From Patescibacteria group bacterium (GTDB lineage Bacteria; Patescibacteriota; Patescibacteriia; UBA1558): DNA of 64,000 bases. Location of the stretch: positions 31,092 through 95,091 of the forward strand of contig JADHUR010000002.1 in assembly GCA_016784445.1 (NCBI GenBank), given 5' to 3'. Positions 12,131 through 22,127 of the stretch are shown here, in pieces. The notes beneath the pieces were generated by a model. It did not search any database, had not been told where the DNA came from, and worked only from the letters and a program-made list of their open reading frames with translations. A program made the translations under genes and the position numbers. Numbering within the stretch: position 1 is the first letter of the stretch; each line of letters begins with the position of its first letter.

Positions 12131-12847
12131 ATGAATTCATTTATTACAAAAAAAGTAGTCTCACATCAAACAGTTCCAGAAACTCTACGCAAAACTAGAG
12201 AGGAGCAAGGTCTTGATTTGCTTGAAGTTTCAAAAAGTATAAATATTCAACCTAAATATTTACAAGCCCTTGAAGATGGTGCTTATGATATTTTGCCTGG
12301 TGAAATTTATGCTCAACAATGGCTACGCTCATATGGAAAACTTTTAGATTTGGATATACGCTGGCTAATTAAAGAATATGACAGAGAAAAAGGAGTACAG
12401 ATGCAATTTAGTGGCTTTGTCAGACCTGAAATAAATAATAAGAATTGGTTATCATGGCTTAACCCTAAAACATTAAGGGTTGCTGGCATTGCCATAGTAA
12501 CAATTGCCTTTGTATTTTATATAGGTACTGGTGTGTATAATATAATCAAACCCCCTTCACTTTCTGTTAATGAACCATTAAATAATATAACAACCGCAGC
12601 TAGACTGATTACAATTAGTGGTGAAACAGATCCTGAAATAGAATTAACAATAAATAATGAATTAGTACTTGCAGATATTAATGGAGATTTTAGTAAAGAA
12701 ATTAATTTATCCTTGGGGCTTAATGTTCTAGAAGTAACAGCTATAAAAAAACACGGTGCACAAAAACAAATAACAATCTCTGTTTTTAGACAAGAACAAC
12801 AAGTAAACAGAGTTAATACATCATTATCTAAACAATTTGACTTTTAA
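12131..12847 (+). CDS. rodZ: RodZ-like helix-turn-helix membrane protein
   Basis: N-terminal XRE-type HTH followed by an LPGEIYAQQWLRSY segment typical of RodZ, then a single TM helix and a C-terminal domain. Confidence 0.55.
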   Translation: MNSFITKKVVSHQTVPETLRKTREEQGLDLLEVSKSINIQPKYLQALEDGAYDILPGEIYAQQWLRSYGKLLDLDIRWLIKEYDREKGVQMQFSGFVRPEINNKNWLSWLNPKTLRVAGIAIVTIAFVFYIGTGVYNIIKPPSLSVNEPLNNITTAARLITISGETDPEIELTINNELVLADINGDFSKEINLSLGLNVLEVTAIKKHGAQKQITISVFRQEQQVNRVNTSLSKQFDF

Positions 12848-12877
12848 ACAGGGTCTTTAAATATTAATTATGAAATT

Positions 12878-13900
12878 ATGACAAAAAAAGACACTGCCAA
12901 AAAAGATCGTGGTAATGCAGCAATTGCTGCAATCGATCAAATAAATGAAAAGTTTGGTGATGGCGCAATCATGAGATTTGGTGAAGCCAAAATCATGGAA
13001 GTAGATGCTGTATCTACTGGCTGTTTATCACTAGATATATCACTAGGCATAGGTGGAGTTCCTAGAGGCAGAATTATTGAAATCTACGGGCCCGAGGCTT
13101 CTGGTAAAACAACTCTTGCGCAACACATAGTAGCTGAAGTTCAAAAGGCTGGTGGTACAGCAGCATTTGTTGATGCCGAACATGCCCTAGACCCAGAGTA
13201 TGCTAAAAAAATTGGAGTAAATGTTGACGAATTATTAATTTCACAACCAGACACTGGGGAACAAGCATTAGAAATCACTGAAACACTTGTGCGCTCAAAT
13301 GGTATTGATGTCGTTGTGGTAGATTCAGTAGCGGCTCTTGTTCCAAGAAAAGAAATTGAAGGAGAAATGGGAGATTCACATGTTGGTTTGCAAGCAAGAC
13401 TTATGAGTCAGGCTCTAAGAAAATTATCCGGTGTTGTTTCAAAGAGTAATACTGTTCTAATTTTTATTAATCAAACTAGGATGAAGATAGGAATTATGTT
13501 TGGTAATCCAGAAACAACATCTGGTGGCATGGCATTAAAATTCTATTCATCTGTACGTATTGAGGTTCGCAAGGCAGCTCAACTGAAAAAAGGAGAGAAA
13601 TTTATTGGTAATAGAGTTCGCTGTAAGATTGTAAAGAATAAAGTTGCTCCGCCTTTTCAAAATTGTGAATTTGATATTATGTATAATGAAGGTATTTCAA
13701 TTGCAGGAGATATAATAGATCTAGGAGTTGAGAAAGGCATAATCAAGAAAGCGGGCGCTAGCTACAGTTATGGAGAGGAAAAATTGGGTGTAGGCAGAGA
13801 AACGGCTAAACAATACATTAAATCAAACAAGAAATTAATAGATAAAATTAGAGCCGAGATTTGGAAAATTGTTAAAGAAGAGAGAGTAGCTGATAAATAA
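12878..13900 (+). CDS. recA: recombinase RecA
   Basis: Walker A motif GPEASGKTT, plus [10 protein letters not shown] and the L1/L2 loop regions. Confidence 0.97.
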   Translation: MTKKDTAKKDRGNAAIAAIDQINEKFGDGAIMRFGEAKIMEVDAVSTGCLSLDISLGIGGVPRGRIIEIYGPEASGKTTLAQHIVAEVQKAGGTAAFVDAEHALDPEYAKKIGVNVDELLISQPDTGEQALEITETLVRSNGIDVVVVDSVAALVPRKEIEGEMGDSHVGLQARLMSQALRKLSGVVSKSNTVLIFINQTRMKIGIMFGNPETTSGGMALKFYSSVRIEVRKAAQLKKGEKFIGNRVRCKIVKNKVAPPFQNCEFDIMYNEGISIAGDIIDLGVEKGIIKKAGASYSYGEEKLGVGRETAKQYIKSNKKLIDKIRAEIWKIVKEERVADK

Positions 13901-13913
13901 ACTATTATTAAAA

Positions 13914-13946
13914 ACCTACTTTTTTCTGAAGTAGGTTTTTTATTTG
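13914..13946 (+). terminator. rho-independent terminator after recA
   Basis: Stem aacctact / agtaggtt followed by a T-run. Confidence 0.6.
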
Positions 13947-13978
13947 ATTTTTAATCCTTTTTTACGTAAAATTAATAC

Positions 13979-15394
13979 ATGTCACTTACAAAAAAAGTAG
14001 CTTACAATACTGCCATGCAGTTTACAGGCAAAATAATAAGCACCATTATTGGTGTTATTATTGTAGGTCTTATAACTAGACATCTTGGTCAATCTGGATA
14101 TGGTCAATATACTACTGTTCTAGCCTTTGTACAGTTCTTTGCTGTTATTGTAGATCTTGGTCTCTACCTTGCCTTGATGCAAGAGATATCAGACCCTGAA
14201 GTAGACGAAAGAAAAGCAGTTAGTAATGTATTCACCATGAAATTAATGAGCGCTTTTGTCTTTTTTGCTCTTGCTCCATTTATTGTATTACTCTTTCCTT
14301 ATGCTCTCATTGTAAAACAAGGCGTGATATTAATGTCGATATCATTTTTCCTATTTACCTTAGCACAGGTTCTTGTAGCAATTTTTCAGAAGAATTTGCG
14401 AATGGATAAAATTATTGGAACAGAAGTTATTGGAAGATTAGCTTTCCTCATAACAGTTATCTTGGTGGTAGTATTTCAAAAGGGTTTACTCTATATAATT
14501 CTAGGTAATGTAGTCTTTAATATAATATATTTTGGTTTAATATTCTTCATGGCCAGAAGTTATACAAAATTTAACTTTGGCTTTGACTTTGTCTATTGGA
14601 AAAAGATTTGGCATAGAGCCTGGCCAATTGCTCTCACTTCATTACTTACTCTTGTTTACTTTAAAGCAGATACATTAATTTTATCTGTATACAGGAGTGA
14701 GGGTGAGGTTGGTATTTATGGGGCAACTTATAAAGTACTGGAAATAATTGGCACTTTCCCTCATATGTTTTTAGGGCTTGTTTTGCCAGTTTTAACAGCA
14801 GCCTATGTTACAAATAATATTGAGAGATTCAAACGTGTGTATCAAAAAGTTTTTGATTTCTTTTTAATGATTTCTATACCTCTTATTGTTGGCACCATGC
14901 TACTTGCAGATAGAGTGATGGTATTGATAGCTGGCGATGAATTTATAGCCTCTGGTGATGTATTAAAAATATTAATCTGGGCAACAGCTATAATATTTTT
15001 TGGTAGTTTATTTGGCTATATTATCTTAGCTATTGATAAACAAAAAAAGATGATACCTTACTATATTATTACAGCAGCTATGGCGCTCATATTATACTTT
15101 GCATTAATCCCTCAATTCTCCTACTGGGCAGCAGCTAGTATAACTGTATTTATTGAATTGCTGTACACCCTATTTGCCTTCTATATTAGCTATAAATACT
15201 CTAAAATAGGTATTAATCTAAGATCCTTTATTAAGATACTATTTGCAAGTTTAATTATGGGACTCTTCATATATGTTCTATTTAGCCTAAACCTAATGCT
15301 ATTAATCTTTCTTGCTTCAATAATTTATATACTAACCCTCTATCTTGTTAAAGGTATAGACAAAAGCATCCTTAATGAATTAAGAGCAAAATAA
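13979..15394 (+). CDS. MOP-superfamily flippase (Wzx/MurJ-like polysaccharide biosynthesis protein)
   Basis: 471 aa with about 12-14 predicted TM helices and the architecture of Wzx-type oligosaccharide flippases. Confidence 0.55.
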   Translation: MSLTKKVAYNTAMQFTGKIISTIIGVIIVGLITRHLGQSGYGQYTTVLAFVQFFAVIVDLGLYLALMQEISDPEVDERKAVSNVFTMKLMSAFVFFALAPFIVLLFPYALIVKQGVILMSISFFLFTLAQVLVAIFQKNLRMDKIIGTEVIGRLAFLITVILVVVFQKGLLYIILGNVVFNIIYFGLIFFMARSYTKFNFGFDFVYWKKIWHRAWPIALTSLLTLVYFKADTLILSVYRSEGEVGIYGATYKVLEIIGTFPHMFLGLVLPVLTAAYVTNNIERFKRVYQKVFDFFLMISIPLIVGTMLLADRVMVLIAGDEFIASGDVLKILIWATAIIFFGSLFGYIILAIDKQKKMIPYYIITAAMALILYFALIPQFSYWAAASITVFIELLYTLFAFYISYKYSKIGINLRSFIKILFASLIMGLFIYVLFSLNLMLLIFLASIIYILTLYLVKGIDKSILNELRAK

Positions 15395-16786
15395 ATGTTA
15401 AATCTTTTACTAATATCAATTTTCTATATCTTCTTTATTGTTTTTGCTTGGCCAAAAATGGAAAGAGGTGTTTATTTAATTATACTTTTATTACCAACAT
15501 ATTTAATACGCTTCCAAATAATTAATATTCCCCTCACATTATTGGAAGGAATGGTTTTATTATTATTCTTAATGTGGTTGATAAAACTATGGCAAAGTAA
15601 AAAATTACACATTGCAATATCTGCTTGGCTTAAAAAAACTTTTAGATCAGAAACTGAAATCGTGGGCACAACAAAGCGTAACTTAATTCCAAAAATTATT
15701 GCTCTACCAATATTTATATTTTTTCTATCCTCAATAGTTGCTCTCACTTTAACTCCTCAAACTATATTAGGGGCAGGAATATGGAAAGCATACTTTCTTG
15801 AACCATTAATGTTTTTAGGGGTAATGCTTTATTATATACGAAAGAATTCTGAAATTAATAAATTGATATACGCCTTTAGCATTTTATCTATAGCAGTTTT
15901 TATTTATGCACTTATTCAAAAATTAACTGGCTGGAATATTCCTACTCTAGATTGGTATTTACCTGAAACAAGAAGAGTAACAACTTTCTTCGGCTATCCG
16001 AATGCAAATGGTCTATTACTAGCACCAATTGGAGCTTTAATTTTTGCAACGCTTTGGATAAAGGAATATACATTTTTAAAGATCTTAAAACTTATTTCAT
16101 TTATTTCTATTATCTTAACAATAATGTGGGCGGGTAGCGAAGGTGCCTTAATTGCATTAAGCCTTGGTGTATTTATAATATTACTTACAAAAAAACACAC
16201 CCGTCTTCTTGCTATTATACTGGCAATTATCTGTTTTGCTGGAATACTATTAACTCCAACACTAAGAACAGTAATGTTTGAGAAATTAACCATATCTGAT
16301 CACTCCGGTCAGATTAGACAAGCACAATGGACTGAAACAATCTCTATGCTAAGAGATAGGCCCATAAACGGAAGCGGGCTCGCTAATTATAAGCAAGCCA
16401 TTGAACCATATCATTCATCTGGTCTTACAATTAACGACAAGTGGCAACCTGTAGAAATATTCCTTTACCCTCATAATATAATTCTAAATTTCTGGGCTGA
16501 GATAGGTATATATGGTCTATTTAGTATTATTTGGCTATTTATTGTCCTAGGGGTGCTTATATACAGGATAAATATTAAGAAAAAATGGCTTCCTAAGTAT
16601 AAAAAAGAATATATTAACCATCTAAGCCTTGGTGTTAGTTCTGCTTTTATAGTAATAATAGTACATGGGCTTGTGGATGTGCCTTACTTTAAAAACGATT
16701 TGAGTATACTTTTCTGGATAATAACAGGTATTACAATAATTCTTTATAACCATACTGTTAATAAAAAGATAGCTGAATTAGAATAG
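15395..16786 (+). CDS. O-antigen ligase/Wzy_C-family membrane protein
   Basis: Polytopic membrane protein with a large external loop carrying an RDRPINGSGLANYKQA motif of the Wzy_C type. Its start codon overlaps the stop codon of the preceding flippase (taaATG). Confidence 0.5.
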   Translation: MLNLLLISIFYIFFIVFAWPKMERGVYLIILLLPTYLIRFQIINIPLTLLEGMVLLLFLMWLIKLWQSKKLHIAISAWLKKTFRSETEIVGTTKRNLIPKIIALPIFIFFLSSIVALTLTPQTILGAGIWKAYFLEPLMFLGVMLYYIRKNSEINKLIYAFSILSIAVFIYALIQKLTGWNIPTLDWYLPETRRVTTFFGYPNANGLLLAPIGALIFATLWIKEYTFLKILKLISFISIILTIMWAGSEGALIALSLGVFIILLTKKHTRLLAIILAIICFAGILLTPTLRTVMFEKLTISDHSGQIRQAQWTETISMLRDRPINGSGLANYKQAIEPYHSSGLTINDKWQPVEIFLYPHNIILNFWAEIGIYGLFSIIWLFIVLGVLIYRINIKKKWLPKYKKEYINHLSLGVSSAFIVIIVHGLVDVPYFKNDLSILFWIITGITIILYNHTVNKKIAELE

Positions 16787-16875
16787 GAGGTGTGGCAGAG
16801 TGGTTTAATGCGCTGCTCTCGAAAAGCAGTGGACCTTAATTGGTCTCGAAGGTTCGAATCCTTCCATCTCCGCCA
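16786..16875 (+). tRNA. tRNA-Ser (anticodon CGA), type II with long variable arm, CCA encoded
   Basis: Cloverleaf folded by hand: acceptor GGAGGTG / CATCTCC, anticodon loop CTCGAAA, T-arm GAAGG-TTCGAAT-CCTTC. Confidence 0.85.
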
Positions 16876-16877
16876 AA

Positions 16878-16907
16878 AAACACTCCCTATAGAGAGTGTT
16901 TTTATTT
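16878..16907 (+). terminator. terminator after tRNA-Ser
   Basis: Stem aacactc / gagtgtt followed by a T-run. Confidence 0.55.
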
Positions 16908-16939
16908 TAAAACTTTATATTATAGATAACTAGCCCACG

Positions 16940-17407
16940 CTAAGTTCGTCCTTCTAAATCCTTAATAACTTCTTCTACGTGCTTACTAGGACTTACTTTT
17001 ATGTAATGCTTCAATACTTTTCCTTTTTTATCTATCAAAAATGAATCTCTTTGTATACCCATATACTTCTTACCAAACATGGTTTTATCTTTCCAAACTC
17101 CATATTTTTTAACAACTTCCTTCTCTTCGTCAGAAAGCAGGGGAAAATTTAACCCATGTCTCTCTGTAAATTTTTGATGCGATTCAATACTATCTATAGA
17201 AACTCCTAATACATACACGCCAAGCTTCTTAAACTCATTATTCTTATCCCTAAAACACTTAGCTTCAATTGTACAGCCAGGCGTCATGTCCTTAGGATAA
17301 AAATATAACAAAACATATTTCCCTTTAAAATCACTCAAACTGACTATTTTATTATTTTGATCTTTTAATTTAAAGCTTGGTGCTTTCTTGTTTTCTAGTT
17401 CTAACAT
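16940..17407 (-). CDS. bcp: thiol peroxidase Bcp (peroxiredoxin Q)
   Basis: FYPKDMTPGCT active-site motif of the AhpC/TSA family; 155 aa. Confidence 0.85.
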   Translation of the reverse strand: MLELENKKAPSFKLKDQNNKIVSLSDFKGKYVLLYFYPKDMTPGCTIEAKCFRDKNNEFKKLGVYVLGVSIDSIESHQKFTERHGLNFPLLSDEEKEVVKKYGVWKDKTMFGKKYMGIQRDSFLIDKKGKVLKHYIKVSPSKHVEEVIKDLEGRT

Positions 17408-17524
17408 ATTTTATTTTATAAATAATTATATATACAGTATATAGTATTTGAGTGATTCAGTCTTTTGTTTTACAAACTGCCCATAAAATTGTATAATTTA
17501 CCTAGTTTTAACAAAAAAACAACT

Positions 17525-18922
17525 ATGATATCTAAAACAAAACTCACAATTCTTACTCTAATTCTTATTTCCATGCCATTGATGGGTTTTGGTTGTAAAT
17601 TCTCTCAGAGTTCTGAGGTTGAACAACTATATAAACCTATTGAATTAAATTGGTGGGGAGTTTGGGAAGAAACGGCTGATGTTGCAACTTTAATTAATGC
17701 ATATCAGACAATTCATCCAAATATTAAAGTAAAATATAGAAAATTTCGTTTTGAAGAATATGAAGCTGAATTAACAAAAGCATGGCTTGAACAAAGAGGG
17801 CCAGAAATATTTTCTATACCCTCTACTCTTTTAAGACAGTATGAGAACTTAATAAAACCTATGCCCTCTTCAATGAGAATTCCTTTCCTTGAAATAAAAA
17901 AAGGTCTTAAAGAAGAACAAATTATTACAGTGAAGACAATCTCTGGTTTAACCCCTAAAAAAGTACAAGAACTATTTGCTCCTGTAGTGCATGAACAAGT
18001 TATTATTAATGATGAGGTTTATGGCCTTCCACTCAGTGTTGATACTTTAGCTCTTTATTATAATAGAGATCTATTAAATAGTGCTAAAATTCCATTACCA
18101 GCTACTACTTGGGCCGAACTTGTAGAACATGTAAAGGATCTTACCACCTATGATAATGATGGTAATATATTGCAATCTGGAATTGCTTTAGGTTCGGCTA
18201 ATAATATTCCTCGTGCTAATGATATACTTTCCTTATTAATGATGCAGAACGGTGCACAAATGACTGGTGATAATAATTATGCAACCTTTAATCAAGCTCC
18301 ACCAGACCAGGGAAGATTTTATCCTGGCAAGGATGCTTTAGAGTTTTATGTAGACTTTATTGATCCTACAAAGGAAGTTTATTCATGGACAGAAGATAAA
18401 CCTGATGCATTAGAGATGTTTACTTCAGGAAAACTTGCTTACTTTATTGGTTATGCTTATCAAGCACCAATTATAAAAGCTCAATCACCTAAATTAAATT
18501 TTAATATATCTCCAATGCTACAAACTGTTCCTGATGTACAAGAAGTTAATTTTGCAGATTTCTGGGCATTAACAACCTATTTTGGTGCTGCAGAAGAGAA
18601 GCTTTCACCTGCTTGGGATTTCATTAGATATATTACTACCACTCCTGAACTTACGAAGAAATACCTTGAAGAAAGCAAACAACCAACCGCATTACTGTCA
18701 CTTATAAATGACCAGATACAAACTGAAAGCATGGGCATTTTTGCAGATCAAGTTTTAAATGCACGTGCTTGGTATAGAGGTTATGACGCAGCAGAAGCAG
18801 ATAATGCTATGAGTGATCTTATTTATCAAGCATATCATAATGTTTCAAGCGAACTGGCAACTATAGATATATTGGACTTAACAGTTCGTAGAATTAATCA
18901 AACAATTAGAAAACCTGAATGA
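17525..18922 (+). CDS. lipoprotein resembling an ABC-type extracellular solute-binding protein (family 1)
   Basis: Lipobox MGFGC. An LNWWGVWEE...IKVKY N-terminal region typical of type-1 SBPs. ATG 17525 is preferred over the upstream TTG of the ORF track. The stop overlaps the start of the first pilin-like gene (ATGA). Confidence 0.5.
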   Translation: MISKTKLTILTLILISMPLMGFGCKFSQSSEVEQLYKPIELNWWGVWEETADVATLINAYQTIHPNIKVKYRKFRFEEYEAELTKAWLEQRGPEIFSIPSTLLRQYENLIKPMPSSMRIPFLEIKKGLKEEQIITVKTISGLTPKKVQELFAPVVHEQVIINDEVYGLPLSVDTLALYYNRDLLNSAKIPLPATTWAELVEHVKDLTTYDNDGNILQSGIALGSANNIPRANDILSLLMMQNGAQMTGDNNYATFNQAPPDQGRFYPGKDALEFYVDFIDPTKEVYSWTEDKPDALEMFTSGKLAYFIGYAYQAPIIKAQSPKLNFNISPMLQTVPDVQEVNFADFWALTTYFGAAEEKLSPAWDFIRYITTTPELTKKYLEESKQPTALLSLINDQIQTESMGIFADQVLNARAWYRGYDAAEADNAMSDLIYQAYHNVSSELATIDILDLTVRRINQTIRKPE

Positions 18923-19587
18923 AGAAATTATTATTAGTTTTATTTTTATTACTTTTGCCAGTTCTTGCAAGCGCATCTGTTTTTCAAGACCCAAGTTACT
19001 ATCCTTACGAGGATCAGGTTGAACATCAAAATGACCCTGGCTTTTTTACAAATCAAGAAAACTATGATCAATCATGCATAGCAGATGGAAGCTGTTCTCT
19101 AGATCAAGGGTTTAATACTTTTGTTGTTTTATCTAAATGGGCCATGGGAATACTTGGTAGTATATCTCTACTATTTTTCATAATCGGTGGAATCATGTGG
19201 CTTACTTCCGGCGGAAAACCAGGCCCAATTCAACAAGGTAAAAGTATAATGATTAGCACAGTAATTGGAATAATAATTGTAATGAGTTCATGGTTAATAG
19301 TTCAGGCCGTCCTCACCTCTCTTTCAGATAGAACTCTGCAAGGTTTAGATGGCGGAAGTCAAACACAAGATCTTTGTTCAACTGAATTAGATGAAGGTGA
19401 TTCATGTCGTGGTAATCTTGGAATTTGTCAGGGTGGTATTTGTGTTGAAAAATGTACCGCAACAAATACCAGACCTCCAGGCGGTGGATATGATTGTAGA
19501 GAATTTACAGATTGCGATGAAGATTCTATTATAAGAATGTATTGCTTCGGTTCAAATAGTACTGTTTGTTGTCAGGCGTCTCAATAA
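18919..19587 (+). CDS. VirB2/TrbC-like two-TM pilin-family protein with a Cys-rich C-terminal extension (array member 1)
   Basis: Signal peptide, then a variable N-terminal segment, then the core GGIMWLTSGG-KPGPIQQGK-second TM, then about 90 aa containing 10 Cys. Confidence 0.5.
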   Translation: MKKLLLVLFLLLLPVLASASVFQDPSYYPYEDQVEHQNDPGFFTNQENYDQSCIADGSCSLDQGFNTFVVLSKWAMGILGSISLLFFIIGGIMWLTSGGKPGPIQQGKSIMISTVIGIIIVMSSWLIVQAVLTSLSDRTLQGLDGGSQTQDLCSTELDEGDSCRGNLGICQGGICVEKCTATNTRPPGGGYDCREFTDCDEDSIIRMYCFGSNSTVCCQASQ

Positions 19588-19603
19588 TAAATAAATAAAA
19601 TAT

Positions 19604-19939
19604 ATGAATAAAAAACTTATTAATTTCATAATAGCTTTCTCAATTCTATTAATAATAGTAGCTATTCCAGTCCAAGCAACAAATATTAACAACCCCCTAA
19701 CTGTAGATAGCCCTCAAGAGTTGGTAGGGGTCATTATTAAGGCGCTACTTGGTCTAACAGGTACAATTTCACTTATTTACTTTATTATTGGTGGTTTTAT
19801 GTGGATGACAGCGGGCGGAAATAAAGATAATGTCCAAAAAGGTAAAAATACACTAGTCTGGGCAACCCTAGGACTTGTTATAATATTCTCTGCTTACAGT
19901 ATTCTAACCTTTGTTTTTGACATATTACCAACCAATTAA
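19604..19939 (+). CDS. VirB2/TrbC-like pilin-family protein (array member 2)
   Basis: Signal peptide (AxA cleavage site), TM1 ending in GGFMWMTAGGN, a basic loop KDNVQKGK, then TM2. Confidence 0.5.
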   Translation: MNKKLINFIIAFSILLIIVAIPVQATNINNPLTVDSPQELVGVIIKALLGLTGTISLIYFIIGGFMWMTAGGNKDNVQKGKNTLVWATLGLVIIFSAYSILTFVFDILPTN

Positions 19940-20028
19940 ATTGTTAAAATCAGTAAATTATAGTATAATATTTCTATAATTAGTGTATAATAATTAAAAT
20001 ATCCTTAATAAAGTGTAATTAAAAAACT

Positions 20029-20418
20029 ATGAGTAAAAAGTTAATTTTTCTTTTGGTGCTAGTTTCTTTACTAGCTCTACCAATGATACAAACAGTTCAC
20101 GCATCTCCATCATCTGGAGACGTAAGAGCTTTAACCGGAATAGATGAAGATGTAACTAATCCCGGACTAGGGGAAGAAGACCTAGATGTTGTTGTACAAG
20201 AAATTATCAAAGTTATTCTTGGCTTCTTAGGCTTAATTGCCGTTGTCATTATATTAGTGGGTGGATTCTTCTGGATGACAGCTGGTGGTAATGAAGATAA
20301 TGTTAAAAAAGGTAGAAAGTGGATTATTAATGGTGTTATTGGCCTTCTTATCGTTCTTTCAGCTTATGCTATTGCAGAATTCGCAATTTCAAACGCTGCT
20401 GACGTAACAACACAATAA
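20029..20418 (+). CDS. VirB2/TrbC-like pilin-family protein (array member 3)
   Basis: Signal peptide, acidic N-terminal ectodomain, GGFFWMTAGGNEDNVKKGR core, TM2. Confidence 0.5.
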   Translation: MSKKLIFLLVLVSLLALPMIQTVHASPSSGDVRALTGIDEDVTNPGLGEEDLDVVVQEIIKVILGFLGLIAVVIILVGGFFWMTAGGNEDNVKKGRKWIINGVIGLLIVLSAYAIAEFAISNAADVTTQ

Positions 20419-20470
20419 AAAATAAATAATTATTAACTTGCCCACGAAAGGGGGCTATATAAATAAATAT

Positions 20471-20830
20471 ATGAACAAAAAAGCATTTGCAATCATTATG
20501 GTTGTAGCAATCATGGCAGTTCCTATGCTAGGCATGGCAGCTCCAGATTTAGGCCTTGACGACGCACAAGCAATTGGCTTAGGCGACGCTGGTGTTAAAG
20601 ATATTGTTAACAATATCATTTCTATTATCCTAGGCTTTCTAGGATTAATAGCTGTTATCCTTATCCTAATTGGTGGATTCTTATGGATGACTGCTGGTGG
20701 TAATGAAGATAGAGTTAAGAAAGGTAGACAGTATATTATTAATGGTGTTATCGGATTGATCATCATTTTAGCTGCTTACGCTATCGCTTCTTTCGTAATT
20801 ACAAACCTTGTAGACGCAACTACAACTTAA
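20471..20830 (+). CDS. VirB2/TrbC-like pilin-family protein (array member 4)
   Basis: Close paralog of member 3 (GGFLWMTAGGNEDRVKKGR). ATG 20471 is preferred over the upstream start in the ORF track. Confidence 0.5.
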   Translation: MNKKAFAIIMVVAIMAVPMLGMAAPDLGLDDAQAIGLGDAGVKDIVNNIISIILGFLGLIAVILILIGGFLWMTAGGNEDRVKKGRQYIINGVIGLIIILAAYAIASFVITNLVDATTT

Positions 20831-20892
20831 ATTTATAGTCTAGACTATAGCGGATCATATTTATATGGTCCGCCTAAGCTTAAACTATATAA

Positions 20893-21279
20893 ATGAAAAT
20901 GACTTCAAAAAAATTAAACCTTTTGATTGTGGCTATATTTGTTATAGTCTTTTTTTCTATCCTATTTACAAGCCCTATACTTGCTATTGAAACAGGGTTA
21001 GACGAAACAGCGGGTATGGCTGGGTTTGAAACAGGAGCAACCGCAAAAACTCCTCCACAAATAGTAGCGAGTGTTATTCAAATAGCTCTAGGTTTTGTAG
21101 GGACACTATTCTTAATCTTTATCATTGTGTCTGGCTTTCAATGGATGACTGCTGGTGGCAATGCTACAACAATTGAAACGGCAAAGAAAAGAATAATAAA
21201 TGCAACTATTGGCCTTGTTATAATACTTGCTGCATATGCAATTACTCAATTCGTTCTAATAGAGATTGTAAACTTATAA
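20893..21279 (+). CDS. VirB2/TrbC-like pilin-family protein (array member 5)
   Basis: Core SGFQWMTAGGNATTIETAKKRIINA; shares blocks that are identical at nucleotide level with members 6-8. Confidence 0.5.
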   Translation: MKMTSKKLNLLIVAIFVIVFFSILFTSPILAIETGLDETAGMAGFETGATAKTPPQIVASVIQIALGFVGTLFLIFIIVSGFQWMTAGGNATTIETAKKRIINATIGLVIILAAYAITQFVLIEIVNL

Positions 21280-21282
21280 TAT

Positions 21283-21711
21283 ATGAAAAAATATTTACTC
21301 TTAATTACTCTTTGTTCTCTAATTCTTTTCTCTTCAGTATTAGTTACTAAAGCTGCATTATTAAACCAAGATGGCCTAACGGCAATAGGTGATCAGACAA
21401 TGGAATTTGGAGCTGATGCTGGCTACAATCCTGATGATATGACTCCATTACCAGTAAGAATAGGGAATATAATACAAATAGCTCTAGGCTTCGTAGGGAC
21501 ACTCTTTCTAATTCTAATCATTGTATCTGGTTTTCAATGGATGACTGCTGGTGGCAATGCTACAACTATAGAAACAGCAAAAAAAAGAATAATAAATGCT
21601 ATTATAGGCTTAGCTATTGTATTGGCCGCCTACAGTATAACCTGGTTTGTCACAGAACAAGTACTAGGTGTTACTGGAGTTATAGAATTACAAGAAGAAG
21701 TATTACAATAA
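21283..21711 (+). CDS. VirB2/TrbC-like pilin-family protein (array member 6)
   Basis: Same core; a 59-nt run identical to member 7; the N-terminal ectodomain is variable. Confidence 0.5.
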   Translation: MKKYLLLITLCSLILFSSVLVTKAALLNQDGLTAIGDQTMEFGADAGYNPDDMTPLPVRIGNIIQIALGFVGTLFLILIIVSGFQWMTAGGNATTIETAKKRIINAIIGLAIVLAAYSITWFVTEQVLGVTGVIELQEEVLQ

Positions 21712-21715
21712 ATAT

Positions 21716-22123
21716 ATGAATAAACACTTATTTTACACAGCAGCCCTACTAACAATCATCGTGCTATCCTCTCTCTTTGTACTAAACCCTTCTGTACAAG
21801 CATCTAATGTACAAGACGGCCTTAGACAAGTTGGCGGTGAAGCATATTACAATGACGGCACTATGGAGCCTGCAGAAGCAAACCCAACCAATATTGTGGG
21901 TAGTATTATAGAAATTGCTTTAGGTTTTTTAGGAATAATTTTCGTAATACTAATTATAGTATCAGGTTATCAATGGATGACTGCTGGTGGCAATGCTACA
22001 ACTATAGAAACAGCAAAAAAAAGAATAATCAATTCTGTAGTCGGACTACTTATTGTTCTAACAGCCTTTACAATAACTCTAGAAGTATTAAATAGAACAG
22101 GCGATATATTAACAAATAATTAA
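21716..22123 (+). CDS. VirB2/TrbC-like pilin-family protein (array member 7)
   Basis: Core SGYQWMTAGGNATTIETAKKRIINS. Confidence 0.5.
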   Translation: MNKHLFYTAALLTIIVLSSLFVLNPSVQASNVQDGLRQVGGEAYYNDGTMEPAEANPTNIVGSIIEIALGFLGIIFVILIIVSGYQWMTAGGNATTIETAKKRIINSVVGLLIVLTAFTITLEVLNRTGDILTNN

Positions 22124-22127
22124 ATCG

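Noticed and set aside
15472-16293. Antisense ORFs 15472-15747 and 15994-16293
   Set aside because: Lie inside the Wzy_C-family gene and consist of AT-rich mirror frames.
20455-20766. 103-aa minus-strand ORF
   Set aside because: Antisense to pilin-like gene 4; the plus-strand gene has a signal peptide and a conserved core.
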